Positions 13,540-27,316 are shown, counted from the stretch's first letter. The stretch: DNA of 64,000 nucleotides from Eledone cirrhosa (GCA_964016885.1 OZ024744.1:114266001-114330000), one strand, 5' to 3'. A program made the numbers and translations. The notes: generated by a model not told the origin, from the sequence alone.

Positions 13540-15690
13540 CTGGGTGTGAGGTCGGAATTTATCAAGTCGTCCCAGGTTTTTCTAGGTCTGCCTACTCCGT
13601 GGCTACCGTCTATCTTTATTGCCCTGCACTTTGTTATACAGCTGTCGACTTTCATGCGCATCACGTGACCATACCAACGTAGCCTTCTCTCGAGTAAACA
13701 ACATCTGATCCCTCTTATTCCTAATTTCTCCCTTAGTTCGTTTATGCTTTGCCGTTCACATATATTACTATCACACATCCAGCGGAGCATGCAAGCTTCG
13801 TTTCTCTCCAGTCTGCGTAGATCCTCTGCACACAATGCCCAGGTCTCACTGCCATGTAACATTGCTGTTCGTATGCAGGCATCATACAGCCTGCCTTTCA
13901 TTTTTAGAGAGAACCCTTTAGCGGCCAATAGTGGTATAAGCTCTCTGAACTTTTTCTATCCAGTTCTGACTCTAGCTACTGTACTTTCAGAGCACCCTCC
14001 ACCACTGCTGATTTTGTCACCCAAGTAACGGAAGCTGTCCACTATTTCTATAGAACCCTCTGCGCAGTTGAAAGAGCTAGTATTTTGTGGGCACTTGCTG
14101 CTACTTATTGCACCAGAGCATCGGCCACATATAAAATCTATATTCTTAGTTAGCTTACCTGTGATCCCACTACATCTTTTATGCACCCTTACTTTGCATT
14201 TGGGACATAAAATGGAGTTTCTGCCTACTCCTTTCCTACACACTGAGCATGGCCATTTCCTAGATGGGACCGGTGCCCTATTTTCCTTCCTACAAACTAG
14301 AACTTTAGTCTTAGACAAGTTAATTTTAAGGCCTTTTGATTCTAGGCCATGCTTCCATGTTTGGAATTTTTTCTCTAGTTCAGCCATTGATTCAGCTATG
14401 AGCGTTAGATCATCTGCGTATAGGAGTTCCCATGGGCAGCCGGTCATGAACTCCTCTGTTATAGCCTGAAGGGCAATAATAAATAGTAGGGGGCTAAGAA
14501 CGGAGCCCTGATGAACACCAACTTTTACGCTAAACTCTTCACTATATTCGTTGTTAATTCTAACCTTGCTGACTGTTTCTTTATACATGGCTTGTATAGC
14601 TCTCACAAGCCATTCATCAACACCTAGTTTTCTAAGAGCCCACCAGATAATGGAACAGGAGACTCTGTCAAAGGCTTTCTCCAAGTCAATAAAAGCTAAG
14701 TATAGGGGTTTACTTTTAGCTAGGTACTTCTCCTGTAGTTGTCGTACAATGAAAAGAGGGTCTGTGGTACTTTTACCTGACACAAACCCGAACTGCATTT
14801 CATCTAGATCAATTCGCTCTCTGATTATTTGCGCTATTACTTTTTCTGTGACCTTCATGACCTGGTCTATTAATTTAATGCCTCTATAGTTACCCCTATC
14901 TAGGGCATCTCCTTTACCCTTGTAATGATAATGCTGCTACGCCAGTCCTTCGGAACAACCCCATTCTGTATGACTTGGTTTACTATCCGGGTGACCATAG
15001 TGTGTCCCACCGTTCCAGAAGCTTTCAGCATTCCAGCAACTATTTCCGAAGGCCCAGCCGCCTTACCCGTCTTCATATCTTTGATTGCCTTACTTATTAT
15101 ACTACCTTCGACTAACACTGCTGGTCTCTCTATTGGATCGATGTGGGGGAGACTGTCTTTCTCCCATTTATTCTCCTCATTTAGTAACCTTTCGTAGTGA
15201 CACTTCCAAGCTACCTTCTTATCAGCGTCAGTGATGGCAAGTACACCATCATCATTAAGGACACACTTCTCCCCGACAATATCACGGTTTTCCTTGACAC
15301 ATTGCCTAGCAATCCTGAACACCTCACGTTTTTGGTCCTCGCGTTGTAGAACATGCTTGAACTTTCTTTCCTCTGTTTCCCTTCTTGCGAAGTACACTTG
15401 TCTCCTAGCTTCCCTCCTGGCCACTTGATAGTCTTCTCTACTTCCCCCATCCTGCCATACTTTCCAAGCCTGCTTTTTGGCCTTGATTGACTCCTCCACC
15501 TTACTGTTCCACCACCATGTTACTCTCCTCCTGCCTACAGGCCTGCTCCAGCCACAGACTTCGTCTGCCACCATCAGCAGGTTTGCTTTCAGGAATCCCC
15601 CCTGTTCCTCTATATTGTACGACTCTAAATGTTCTTCCTTACTGTCGAAAGCATCAAGTAATATGCTTTTAAATTTATTACTGGCTGTGG
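13540..15690 (-). mobile_element. 5'-truncated RTE-type LINE (RT with Cys/His finger insert), frameshifted
   Basis: ORFs 14900-15901, 13956-14858 and 13494-13928 give [49 protein letters not shown] and GRPRKTW. Confidence 0.95.
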
Positions 15691-15692
15691 GG

Positions 15693-15735
<43 letters not shown>

Positions 15736-15757
15736 AAAATGTGGTGTCAGTACGTAC

Positions 15758-15829
15758 TGTAATGATGTCCCACACAAAAGACATGGCAAACATGCTATCC
15801 ATTTTAAAATCTGGATTTTCAAGAACATT
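15758..15829 (-). CDS. Receptor guanylyl cyclase exon (kinase-homology domain): NVLENPDFKMDSMFAMSFVWDIIT
   Basis: Acceptor ctcttttacag, donor gtacgt, 72 nt, phase 0/0. Resembles the rGC KHD segment DILENxxxKLDxMFxxSLxxDIxx. Confidence 0.9.
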
Positions 15830-15925
15830 CTGTAAAAGAGAAAAATTAGAAATTGAAAAACTATTTAAATAGTTTGAAAAGGACACTTTTTCTAGTTTCA
15901 AATTTCATGATGATAAAACTGATAT

Positions 15926-15992
<67 letters not shown>

Positions 15993-15997
<5 letters not shown>

Positions 15998-16340
15998 TAA
16001 GAGGAATTCCAACTTTGTCTGATTTACTCGTTTTATTTACAATCCTTTAAAATATATATAATGGTATTATAATGACAGTCGAGTTTGCAATTTTCAACTG
16101 TTGAAAATTGCAAACTCGACTGTCACCACATATCATGAACCTGAAGATTGCGAAAGCATGAAAGTACTTGTTCAATTAACACTTAGAATTTAATATTCTA
16201 TCATACTATTTCATTATAATACCATTATATATATTTTAAAGGATTGTAAATAAAACGAGTAAATCAGACAAAGTTGGAATTCCTCTTATTAATATAATCT
16301 TCTATACACAATCATACACACCTGTGTATATTTACCTATA
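15993..16340 (+). mobile_element. Fold-back element with hammerhead, between (TA)n tracts (family D)
   Basis: 15993-16075 is inverted at ~16212-16294, with a nested hairpin at 16073-16125. Contains the hammerhead at 16136-16174. Confidence 0.75.
16136..16174 (+). ncRNA. Minimal type I hammerhead ribozyme motif
   Basis: tgaac CTGAAGA ttgc-gaaa-gcat GAAA gtac TT gttca: stem I tgaac/gttca, palindromic stem III AAGTACTT. Confidence 0.8.
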
Positions 16341-16348
16341 TATATCTA

Positions 16349-16409
<61 letters not shown>

Positions 16410-16411
16410 AC

Positions 16412-16715
16412 AATGATATTAAATAAATGGAAACTATATTTATAAAACCATATTTATTTTATTATATATATTTCAAGGGTACCAAGACACATTGGTACGC
16501 TTTCATCAGATAAAATACAAAGTTTGTTTTATAAATAGAGACATACCCATGAAAATCATACCTTATCAGTTGGAAATTCACTGGATAATTAATATCATTG
16601 AATATTTATATAATATCATTGAATATTTACTCCAGTAATTTGTTGAGTGCTCTAAATCAGTTATAAACATTTATATTTGTTGGACTTCCAACAAATTAAA
16701 TACCCCTTCTACTTA
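16412..16715. mobile_element. Penelope-like pLTR-derived element (family B) with inverted arm and 3' tail, in (TA)n
   Basis: Same sequence family as 26718-27150 and 50490-50765. The last of these lies downstream of a GIY-YIG ORF. Confidence 0.8.
16455..16517 (-). ncRNA. Type I hammerhead ribozyme motif (family B)
   Basis: Minus strand: tattttat CTGATGA aagcgtaccaa-tgtgtc-ttggtaccctt GAAA tatata TA ataaaata. Confidence 0.85.
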
Positions 16716-16882
16716 TATATATATATATATATATTGTTATACTTTGGGAGGGTCATGTTGCCAATAAGAAACACACGCACCAGTTGCTTTCACTCCAATT
16801 TATTATAAATTAAATTTATAAATTTAGGAATTTATAAATTTCCGGCTGGTTGGTTCCACAACCAGACGATTGTTCATATATT

Positions 16883-16925
16883 GTCAAAGTTCTTTCGTCA
16901 CACATTCTGTGACCTCTTCAGTGAC
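16883..16925 (-). ncRNA. Type I hammerhead motif (family A, left arm)
   Basis: Reverse complement of the 17347-17389 motif. Confidence 0.75.
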
Positions 16926-17346
16926 TGGGGATTCTTTACTTTGTTTGTGTGCCTCTCCTTTGTTCTGTCCTACGCCATCTTGTTTTTGTGTTTGTTGTGT
17001 GCTTAGTTTGTGCATGTGTTACATCCGGGTGTCTGTGTGTGCTTTTATTTGTTTTTTTATTTGTTTATTTACATGTTACTGGTTGTTTGTTTGTTATATG
17101 TGTGTGTGTGTTTTCCTTGGAATAGCAACATCACAACTTACAATTAAGGACAAAATGAAAACACACACACACATAGAACAAACAACCAACCAGTAACATG
17201 TAAATAAACAAATAAATAAACAAATATAAACACACACAGACACCCGGATGTAACACATGCGCAAACTAAGCACACAACACACACAAAAACAAGATGGCAT
17301 AGGACAGAAAAAAGGAGAGGCGCAAAAACAAAGAAAAGAATCCCCA

Positions 17347-17389
17347 GTCACTGAAGAGGTCACAGAATGTGTGACGAAAGAACTTTGAC
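17347..17389 (+). ncRNA. Type I hammerhead motif (family A, right arm)
   Basis: gtca CTGAAGA g gtcaca-gaatg-tgtgac GAAA gaac TT tgac. Confidence 0.75.
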
Positions 17390-17644
17390 AATATATAAAC
17401 AACTATCTGGTTGTGGAACCAACCAACCAACCAGAAATTTATAAATTCCTAAATTTATAAATTTATTATAATAAATTGAAGTGAAAGCAACTGGTGCGTG
17501 TGTTTCTTATTGGCAACATGACCCTCCCAAAGTATAACAATATCGGTTTCAACACACGTTTTCAGATAAAGAATCTTGCTAAACAAATTCAGAAACGAAA
17601 TATATATATATATATATATATACTATCTATCTATCCATGTATAT

Positions 17645-17694
<50 letters not shown>

Positions 17695-17956
17695 AATATA
17701 TGTAATCTATCTATTCATCTATATACACACACACACGCACATATATATATATGCTAACTATCTATTCATATATATATATATATATACACACACACATACA
17801 TACATATGCTATCTATCTATTCATCTACACACACGCACACACATATATTCATCTATATTATACAGCCACGGAGAAATATCTACGGTCTGCGGGACTGCAT
17901 ACGTTTTTTTTTTTTTTTCCCATTTGTAAAGTAAGTTGGATTACTTTGAATAAATA

Positions 17957-19770
17957 ATCTTTCTCACCTCTCTCTCACACATCTCTCTCTCTCCCTCTTT
18001 CTCACCTCTCTCTCACACATCTCTCTCTCTCTCTCTTTCTCACCTCTCTCTCACACATCTCTCTCTCTCTCTCTCACATCTCTCTCACATCTCTCTCTCT
18101 CTCTCTTTCTCACCTCTCTCTCACATATCTCTCTCTTTCTCACCTCTCTCTCACATATCTCTCTCTCTCTCTTTCTCACCTCTCTCTCACACATCTCTCT
18201 CTCTCTCTCTCTTTCTCACCTCTCTCTCACACATCTCTCTCTCTCTCTCTTTCTCACCTCTCTCTCACACATCTCTCTCTCTCTCTTTCTCACCTCTCTC
18301 ACACATCTCTCTCTCTCTCTCTTTCTCTCACACACCTCTCACATCTCTCTCTCTCTCTCTTTCTCACCTCTCTCTCACATCTCTCTCTCTCTCTCTTTCT
18401 CACCTCTCTCTCACATATCTCTCTCTTTCTCACCTCTCTCTCACATATCTCTCTCTCTCTCTTTCTCACCTCTCTCTCACACATCTCTCTCTCTCTCTCT
18501 TTCTCACCTCTCTCTCACACATCTCTCTCTCTCTCTCTTTCTCACCTCTCTCTCACACATCTCTCTCTCTCTCTCTTTCTCACCTCTCTCACACATCTCT
18601 CTCTCTCTCTTTCTCTCACACACCTCTCACATCTCTCTCTCTCTCTCTTTCTCACCTCTCTCTCACATCTCTCTCTCTCTCTCTTTCTCACCTCTCTCTC
18701 ACATATCTCTCTCTTTCTCACCTCTCTCACACATCTCTCTCTCTCTCTTTCTCACCTCTCTCTCACATATCTCTCTCTTTCTCACCTCTCTCTCACACAT
18801 CTCTCTCTCTCTCTCTTTCTCACCTCTCTCTCACATATCTCTTTATTTCTCACCTCTCTCTCACATCTCTCTCTTTCTCACCTCTCTCACACATCTCTCT
18901 CTCTCTCTTTCTCACCTCTCTCTCACATATCTCTCTCTTTCTCACCTCTCTCTCACACATCTCTCTCTATCTCTTTCTCACCTCTCTCTCACACATCTCT
19001 CTCTCTCTCTCTTTCTCACCCCTCTCTCACACATCTCTCTCTCTCTCTTTCTCACCTCTCTCTCACATCCCTCTCTCTCTCTTTCTCACCTCCCTCTCTC
19101 ACATCTCTCTCTTTCTCACCTCTCTCTCACACACCTCTCTCTCTCTCTTTCTCACCTCTCTCTCACATATCTCTCTCTTTCTCAACTCTCTCTCACACAC
19201 CTCTCTCTTTCTCACCTCTCTCTCACACACCTCTCTCTTTCTCTTTCTCACCTCTCTCTCATACATCTCTCTCTCTCTTTCTCACCTCTCTATCACACAT
19301 CTCTCTCTCTCTCTCTCTTTCTCACCTCTCTCTCACACATCTCTCTCTTTCTCACCTCTCTCACACATCTCTCTCTTTCTCACCTCTCTCACACACCTCT
19401 CTCTCTTTCTCACCTCTCTCTCACACATCTCTCTCTTTCCCAACTCTCTCTCACATATATCTCTCTTTCTCAACTCTCTCTCACATATATATATCTCTCT
19501 CTCTCTCTTTCTCACCTAACTCTCTCTCTCTCTCTCTCTCACATCTCTCTCTCTCATCTCTCTCTCTGTCATCTCTTTCTCTTACTCTTTTCTCATCTCT
19601 CCCACTCTCTCTCTCTCTCTCTTCCTCTCATCTCTCCCTCTGTCACCTCTTTCTCTCTCACCTCTCTCTCTTTCTCATCACTCTCTCTCTCTCTGATATC
19701 TCTCTCTCCTTTCTCTCTCTGTCACCTCTTTCTCTTACTCTTCTCTCTCTCTATTTTCTCATATCTCCTT
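17957..19770 (+). repeat. Compound (CT)n/(CA) minisatellite, pyrimidine-rich
   Basis: Repeated ctttctcacctctctctcacacatctctct units of variable length. Confidence 0.95.
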
Positions 19771-19976
19771 ATTTATACTTTTATCTATTTCGATGTTACA
19801 CAGTGATGATTGTCATTATGGCGATGGTGATGATGATGATAGTGATTGTGATGATGATATTGGCAGTGATGGCAATGTTGATGATGATGGTCATGATGAT
19901 GATTATGATGATGGTGGTGGTGAGGATAATGATGATGATGATGACAAAGGCAAAGGGTGAGGCTGTGGAAGATTAC

Positions 19977-20081
19977 CTTCAAGCTTCCTTTGGTACAGAA
20001 CTTAAACAAGACACACATATTAGGAGGGTCAACACTTGCCCCCAGGAAGTTATTGATGTTTTCATGTGACCACCCATGCAT
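19977..20081 (-). CDS. Receptor guanylyl cyclase exon (KHD): MHGWSHENINNFLGASVDPPNMCVLFKFCTKGSLK
   Basis: Acceptor tactttccag, donor gtaatc, 105 nt, phase 0/0. Has the HxNxxxFxGA...C.KGSL kinase-homology signature. Confidence 0.93.
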
Positions 20082-20161
20082 CTGGAAAGTAAATACACAA
20101 TTAAAACCTTAATTAATTATTTTTTAATAGAAATAGAAATATGCAAACTTGTTGATTGGAT

Positions 20162-23100
20162 GACTACACTAACTAACCATTCCTACATTCCTGACCCTCT
20201 CAGACATCGCCATCACTACTCTAACTAACCATTTCTACATTCCTGACCCTCTCAGACACTGTTATCACTACACTAACTAACCATTCCTACAATCCTGACT
20301 CTCTGACATCGCCATCACTACACTAACTAACCATTTCTACATTCCTGACCCTCTCAGACACTGTCATCACTACACTAACTAACCATTCCTACATTCCTGA
20401 CCCTCTCAGACACTGTCATCACTACACTAACTAACCATTCCTACATTCCTGACCCTCTCAGACATTGTCATCACTACTCTAACTAACCATTTCTACATTC
20501 CTGACCCTCTCAGACACTGTCATCACTACACTAACTAACCATTCCTACATTCCTGACCCTCTCAGACACTGTCATCACTACACTAACTAACCTTTCCTAC
20601 ATTCCTGACCCTCTCAGACACTGTGATCACTACACTAACTAACCATTCCTACATTCCTGACCCTCTCAGACATCGCCATCACTACACTAACTAACCATTC
20701 CTACATTCCTGACCCTCTCAGACATTGTCATCACTACACTAACTAACCATTCCTACATTCCTGACCCACTCAGACGTTGTCATCACTACACTAACTAACC
20801 ATTCCTACATTCCTGACCCTCTCAGACACTGTCATCACTACTCTAACTAACCATTCCTACATACCTCACCCCCTCAGACACTGTCATCACTACACTAACT
20901 AACCATTCCTACATTCCTGACCCTCTCAGACATTGTCATCACTACACTAACTAACCATTCCTACATTCCTGACCCTCTCAGACACTGTCATCACTACACT
21001 AACTAACCATTCCTACATTCCTGACCCTCTCAGACATTGTCATCACTACACTAACTAACCATTCCTACATTCCTGACCCTCTCAGACACTGTCATCACTA
21101 CACTAACTAACCATTCCTACATTCCTGACCCCCTCAGACATTGTCATCACTACACTAACTAAGCATTCCTACATACCTGACCCTCTCAGACATTGTCATC
21201 ACTACACTAACTAACCATTCCTACATTCCTGACCCTCTCAGACATTGTCATCACTACACTAACTAACCATTCCTACATTCCTGACCCCCTCAGACACTGT
21301 CATCACTACTGTAACTAACCATTCCTACATTCCTGACCCCCTCAGACACTGTCATCACTACACTAACTAACCATTCCTACATTCCTGACCCTCTCAGACA
21401 TTGTCATCACTACACTAACTAACCATTCCTACATTCCTGACCCTCTCTGACATTGTCATCACTACACTAACTAACCATTCCTACATTCCTGACCCCCTCA
21501 GACACTGTCATCACTACACTAACTAACCATTCCTACATTCCTGACCCCCTCAGACACTGTCATCACTACACTAACTAACCATTCCTACATTCCTGACCCT
21601 CTCAGACATCGCCATCACTACACTAACTAACCATTCCTACATTCCTGACCCTCTCAGACATTGTCATCACTACACTAACTAACCATTCCTACATTCCTGA
21701 CCCACTCAGACGTTGTCATCACTACACTAACTAACCATTCCTACATTCCTGACCCTCTCAGACACTGTCATCACTACTCTAACTAACCATTCCTACATAC
21801 CTCACCCCCTCAGACACTGTCATCACTACACTAACTAACCATTCCTACATTCCTGACCCTCTCAGACATTGTCATCACTACACTAACTAACCATTCCTAC
21901 ATTCCTGACCCTCTCAGACATTGTCATCACTACACTAACTAACCATTCCTACATTCCTGACCCTCTCAGACATTGTCATCACTACACTAACTAACCATTC
22001 CTACATTCCTGACCCTCTCAGACACTGTCATCACTACACTAACTAACCATTCCTACATTCCTGACCGCCTCAGACATTGTCATCACTACACTAACTAAGC
22101 ATTCCTACATACCTGACCCTCTCAGACATTGTCATCACTACACTAACTAACCATTCCTACATTCCTGACCCTCTCAGACATTGTCATCACTACACTAACT
22201 AACCATTCCTACATTCCTGACCCCCTCAGACACTGTCATCACTACTGTAACTAACCATTCCTACATTCCTGACCCCCTCAGACACTGTCATCACTACACT
22301 AACTAACCATTCCTACATTCCTGACCCTCTCAGACATTGTCATCACTACACTAACTAACCATTCCTACATTCCTGACCCTCTCTGACATTGTCATCACTA
22401 CACTAACTAACCATTCCTACATTCCTGACCCCCTCAGACACTGTCATCACTACACTAACTAACCATTCCTACATTCCTGACCCCCTCAGACACTGTCATC
22501 ACTACACTAACTAACCATTCCTACATTCCTGACCCCCTCAGACACTGTCATCACTACACTAACTAACCATTCCTACATTCCTGACCCCCTCAGACACTGT
22601 CATCACTACTCTAACTAACCTTTCCTACATTCCTGACCCTCTCAGACATTGTCATCACTACACTAACTAACCATTCCTACATTCCTGACCCTCTAAGACA
22701 CTGTCATCACTACACTAACTAACCATTCCTACATTCCTGACCCTCTCAGACATTGTCATCACTTCTCTAACTAACCATTCCTACAATCCTGACCCTCTCA
22801 GACATTGTCATCACTTCTCTAACTAACCATTCCTACATTCCTGACCCTCTCAGACATTGTCATCACTACACTAACTAACCTTTCCTACATTCCTGACCCT
22901 CTCAGACATTGTCATCACTACACTAACTAACCATTCCTACATTCCTGACCCTCTCAGACATTGTCATCACTACACTAACTAACAATTCCAATATTCCTGA
23001 CCCTCTCAGACATTGTCATCACTACACTAACTAACCATTCCTACATTCCGGACCCTCTCAGACATTGTCATCACTAACTAACCATTCCTACATTCCTGAC

Positions 23101-24374
23101 CCTCTCAGACATTGTCATCACTACACTAACTAACCATTCCTACATTCCTAACCCCCTCAGACACTGTCATCACTACTGTAACTAACCATTCCTACATTCC
23201 TGACCCCCTCAGACACTGTCATCACTACTGTAACTAACCATTCCTACATTCCTGACCCCCTCAGACACTGTCATCACTACTCTAACTAACCTTTCCTACA
23301 TTCCTGACCCCCTCAGACATTGTCATCACTACTGTAACTAACCATTCCTACATTCCTGACCCCCTCAGACACTGTCATCACTACTCTAACTAACCTTTCC
23401 TACTACCTGACCCCCTCAGACATTGTCATCACTACTGTAACTAACCATTCCTACATTCCTGACCCTCTCAGACATTGTCATCACTACACTAACTAACCAT
23501 TCCTACATTCCTAACCCCCTCAGACACTGTCATCACTACTGTAACTAACCATTCCTACATTCCTGACCCCCTCAGACACTGTCATCACTACTGTAACTAA
23601 CCATTCCTACATTCCTGACCCTCTCAGACATTGTCATCACTACACTAACTAACCATTCCTACATTCCTGACCCCCTCAGACATTGTCATCACTACACTAA
23701 CTAACCATTCCAATATTCCTGACCCTCTCAGACATTGTCATCACTACACTAACTAACCTTTCCTACATTCCTGACCCTCTCAGACATTGTCATCACTACA
23801 CTAACTAACCATTCCTACATTCCTGACCCTCTCAGACATTGTCATCACTACTCTAACTAACTATTCCTGACCCTCTCAGACATTGTCATCACTACTCTAA
23901 CTAACTATTCCTGACCCTCTCAGACATTGTCATCACTTCACTAACTAACCATTCCTACATTCCTGACCCTCTCAGACATTGTGATCACTACACTAACTAA
24001 CCATTCCTACATTCCTGACCCTCTCAGACATTGTCATCACTACTGTAACTAACCATTCCTACATTCCTGACCCTCTCAGACATTGTCATCACTACACTAA
24101 CTAACCATTCCTACATTCCTGACCCTCTCAGACATTGTCATCACTACACTAACTAACCATTCCTACATTCCTGACCCTCTCAGACATTGTCATCACTACA
24201 CTAACTAACCATTCCTACATTCCTGACCCTCTCAGACATTGTCATCACTACACTAACTAACCATTCCTACATTCCTGACCCTCTCAGACATTGTCATCAC
24301 TACACTAACTAACCATTCCTACATTCCTGACCCTCTCAGACATTGTCATCACTACACTAACTAACCATTCCTAC
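20162..24374 (+). repeat. 52-bp tandem minisatellite (~81 copies)
   Basis: Unit actacactaactaaccattcctacattcctgaccctctcagacattgtcatc. Confidence 0.97.
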
Positions 24375-24404
24375 TTCCATGACTTTGTCATATATTGTCA
24401 TCAA

Positions 24405-25430
24405 TATGCTGGAAATACTACTATGAGCGACTGATGAATGTGGAGAATGTATGAGAAGAAGATATTTACTACCCACCATCAGTTATTGTGATTGACGGTT
24501 ATGGCATCATAGAAGCAATCAATGAAATGAAGAATAGTAACATTGCTGGACTGTCAGAGAAAGATGCTGAAATGCTAAAAACCTGGGGAGAAGTAGAAGT
24601 CAAACTGATAACCTGCATAGTCTATCAGGTAATACAGGTCAGAGTCATACCCAGAGTCATATTGAGTACCATCGTAAATTTCTACAATGGCAAATGTGAT
24701 ATTCTAGAAAGGCGCAACTATAGAGGAATAAAACTAATGGACTAAGTTAGGGAAAAAGTCAAATTAGACAAAATGCAGTTTGGTTTCATATCAGGGAAAA
24801 TTCCTACAGATGCCCTCTTTTTTGTGAGACAACTACAAGATAAGTTCCCTGCTTAGAGTAAGCCTCTACATTTAGCTTTTGTTGGTCTAGATAAAGCCTT
24901 TGACAGAGTTCCTCCATCTATTATCTGGTGGTCATTAAGGGATCTAGGTGTAGAAGAATGGCTTGTGAGGGCAGTGTAAGCCATGTACAGAGGAACTGCC
25001 AGTAAAGTGAGAGTAGGAAGTGAGTTTAGTGAGGAGTTCCAGGTACAGGTAGGAGTTCATCAAGGTTCAATTCTTAACCCATTGCTATTTGTTATAGTTC
25101 TTCATGCTATATATAACAGAGGAACTTCTCTATGCTGATGATTTGGTCCTCATAGCCAAATCTGAGGAAGTACTAGAGGGGAAATGCCAGCTTTGAAAAC
25201 AGAACTTAGAATCACATGGTCTGAGAGTAACTTGGACCAAAGTTTTAAAAAGTAGGAAAGAAGAGAGGACCCCAACCCCAGGGCTGCTCATTTTGTAGAA
25301 AAGAAGTGGTAAATATTCTATACAATGTACACAATGTATAACACAAGAGGTATAGTGAGATAACAAGTAGACTAACAGGAAGGGACGATTTTGCATGTGG
25401 CAGATGTATAGGGAAAGTTATGTCACAGGA
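24405..25430 (+). mobile_element. Degenerate RTE-type LINE RT fragment
   Basis: NYRGIKLMD, QFGF, KAFDRV, GVHQGS and LLYADD motifs with stops and frameshifts. Confidence 0.9.
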
Positions 25431-25434
25431 GATA

Positions 25435-25608
25435 TGAAGGTCAGCTGAAAAGTTCATAAGCTGACTAAGATACTCTCATGGAATGACTAAATGAGGTTTA
25501 TTTTTTCAGTAAAGTGCCTTGAAAGAAACAATGTAGATATTAATAAGAAGAGTTGAAATTAATGTATGCAAGATTTCACAGCTTATGAACTTTTCAGCTG
25601 ACCCACTT
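25435..25608. mobile_element. Tc1/mariner-type MITE
   Basis: ~25-bp TIRs ggtcagctgaaaagttcataagctg / cagcttatgaacttttcagctgacc, TA near both ends, short non-coding interior. Confidence 0.7.
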
Positions 25609-25682
25609 ATAACAAATGTATGTATACATATGTATGTATGTATGAATGTATATATGTAAGTTTGTTTTGATACAGTGAGTGA

Positions 25683-26149
<467 letters not shown>

Positions 26150-26195
26150 AAATAAAATAAATAAGTCAAATGTTTAAAATTTGGCTCCGTTTATT

Positions 26196-26250
26196 ACTGC
26201 TATATATATTTCGGTGACAGCCATCTTTGGCTGTGACCTCTTCAGGCAGT
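26196..26250 (-). ncRNA. Type I hammerhead ribozyme motif (family E)
   Basis: Minus strand: actgc CTGAAGA ggtcacagcca-aaga-tggctgtcacc GAAA tatata TA gcagt. Intact core and stems. Confidence 0.9.
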
Positions 26251-26462
26251 TCGAATTAGTGTGGTAGAGACGAGTACACATGTTGTTGAGGTGTATAACT
26301 TTGTCAATACTCTGATATGCCCAGTTCCTGGTCGGGTTGTTATTTCACTGAGGAACTGGGATCAGTGAAATAACAACCCAACCAGGAACTGGGCATATCA
26401 GAGTATTGACAAAGTTATACACCTCAACAACATGTGTACTCGTCTCTACCACACTAATTCGG

Positions 26463-26517
26463 ACTGCCTGAAGGGGTCACAGCCAAAGATGGCTGTCACC
26501 GAAATATATATAGCAGT
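26463..26517 (+). ncRNA. Hammerhead motif (family E, mirror copy, core variant CTGAAGG)
   Basis: actgc CTGAAGG ggtcacagcca-aaga-tggctgtcacc GAAA tatata TA gcagt. One conserved core A is changed to G. Confidence 0.7.
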
Positions 26518-26665
26518 AATAAACGAAGCCAAATTTTAAACATTTGACTTATTTATTTTATTTTATTTTACATTACTCCGGAGTAACCAAACCAACCTGC
26601 GCACTTCGTCGAGTGCTCCAGCCTGCATACTGAGGTGTTGGTATACAACCAACATATACTCAAAA

Positions 26666-26721
<56 letters not shown>

Positions 26722-26762
26722 TGATATTAAATAAATGGAAACTATATTTATAAAACCATATT

Positions 26763-26824
26763 TATTCTATTATCTATATTTCAAGGGTACCAAAAATTTT
26801 GGTACGCTATCATCAGATAAAATA
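26763..26824 (-). ncRNA. Hammerhead motif (family B, left arm)
   Basis: Reverse complement of 26952-27013. Confidence 0.75.
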
Positions 26825-26951
26825 CAAAATGTTTTATAAATATTTGACATGAGCAAGGATAATATACCTTAACGGTTCAAGTTATCCCTGGAAACTTGAA
26901 CCGTTAAGGTATATCATCCTTGGTTATGTCAAATATTTATAAAACATTTTG

Positions 26952-27013
26952 TATTTTATCTGATGATAGCGTACCAAAATTTTTGGTACCCTTGAAATAT
27001 AGATAATAGAATA
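26952..27013 (+). ncRNA. Hammerhead motif (family B, right arm)
   Basis: tattttat CTGATGA tagcgtaccaaaa-t-ttttggtaccctt GAAA tataga TA atagaata. Confidence 0.75.
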
Positions 27014-27148
27014 AATATGGTTTTATAAATATAGTTTCCATTTATTTAATATCATTGAATACTTACTCCAGAAAACTGTCGAGTGCTTTGAATCAGTTGT
27101 AAACATCTATATTTGTTGGATTTCCAACAAATTAAATATCTCTTATAC

Positions 27149-27191
<43 letters not shown>

Positions 27192-27194
<3 letters not shown>

Positions 27195-27316
27195 CGAAGG
27201 AAATGTGATAAGGAACCAGGTGGACCATAACGCACCAAAGTACTCAATACTTGAGGTAGTAGAGTGGGTAATAGGAACCAGTAAGACCCCGGCAATTGGG
27301 GTCTTACTGGTTCCTA
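27192..27316 (-). mobile_element. Short fold-back element 3' tail (family F) in (TA)n
   Basis: Homologous in reverse to 36535-36620. Terminal hairpin taggaaccagtaagacccc...ggggtcttactggttccta. Confidence 0.65.

Larger units (their letters stand above)
16733..17600. mobile_element. ~800-bp palindromic (fold-back) Penelope-like pLTR element (family A) in (TA)n
   Basis: Arms ~16733-17115 and ~17160-17541 are near-perfect inverted repeats, with a ~58-nt tail only on the right. The arm sequence matches 44830-45220, which follows a GIY-YIG ORF. Confidence 0.9.
26718..27150. mobile_element. Fold-back Penelope-like pLTR element (family B) in (TA)n
   Basis: Arms ~26718-26883 and ~26894-27057 are inverted, followed by a 3' tail with GTCGAGTGCT. 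Confidence 0.85.

Noticed and set aside
19785-19976. His-rich extension of the kinase-like ORF
   Set aside because: Read-through past the GT donor at 19976 into an intronic (ATC)n repeat.
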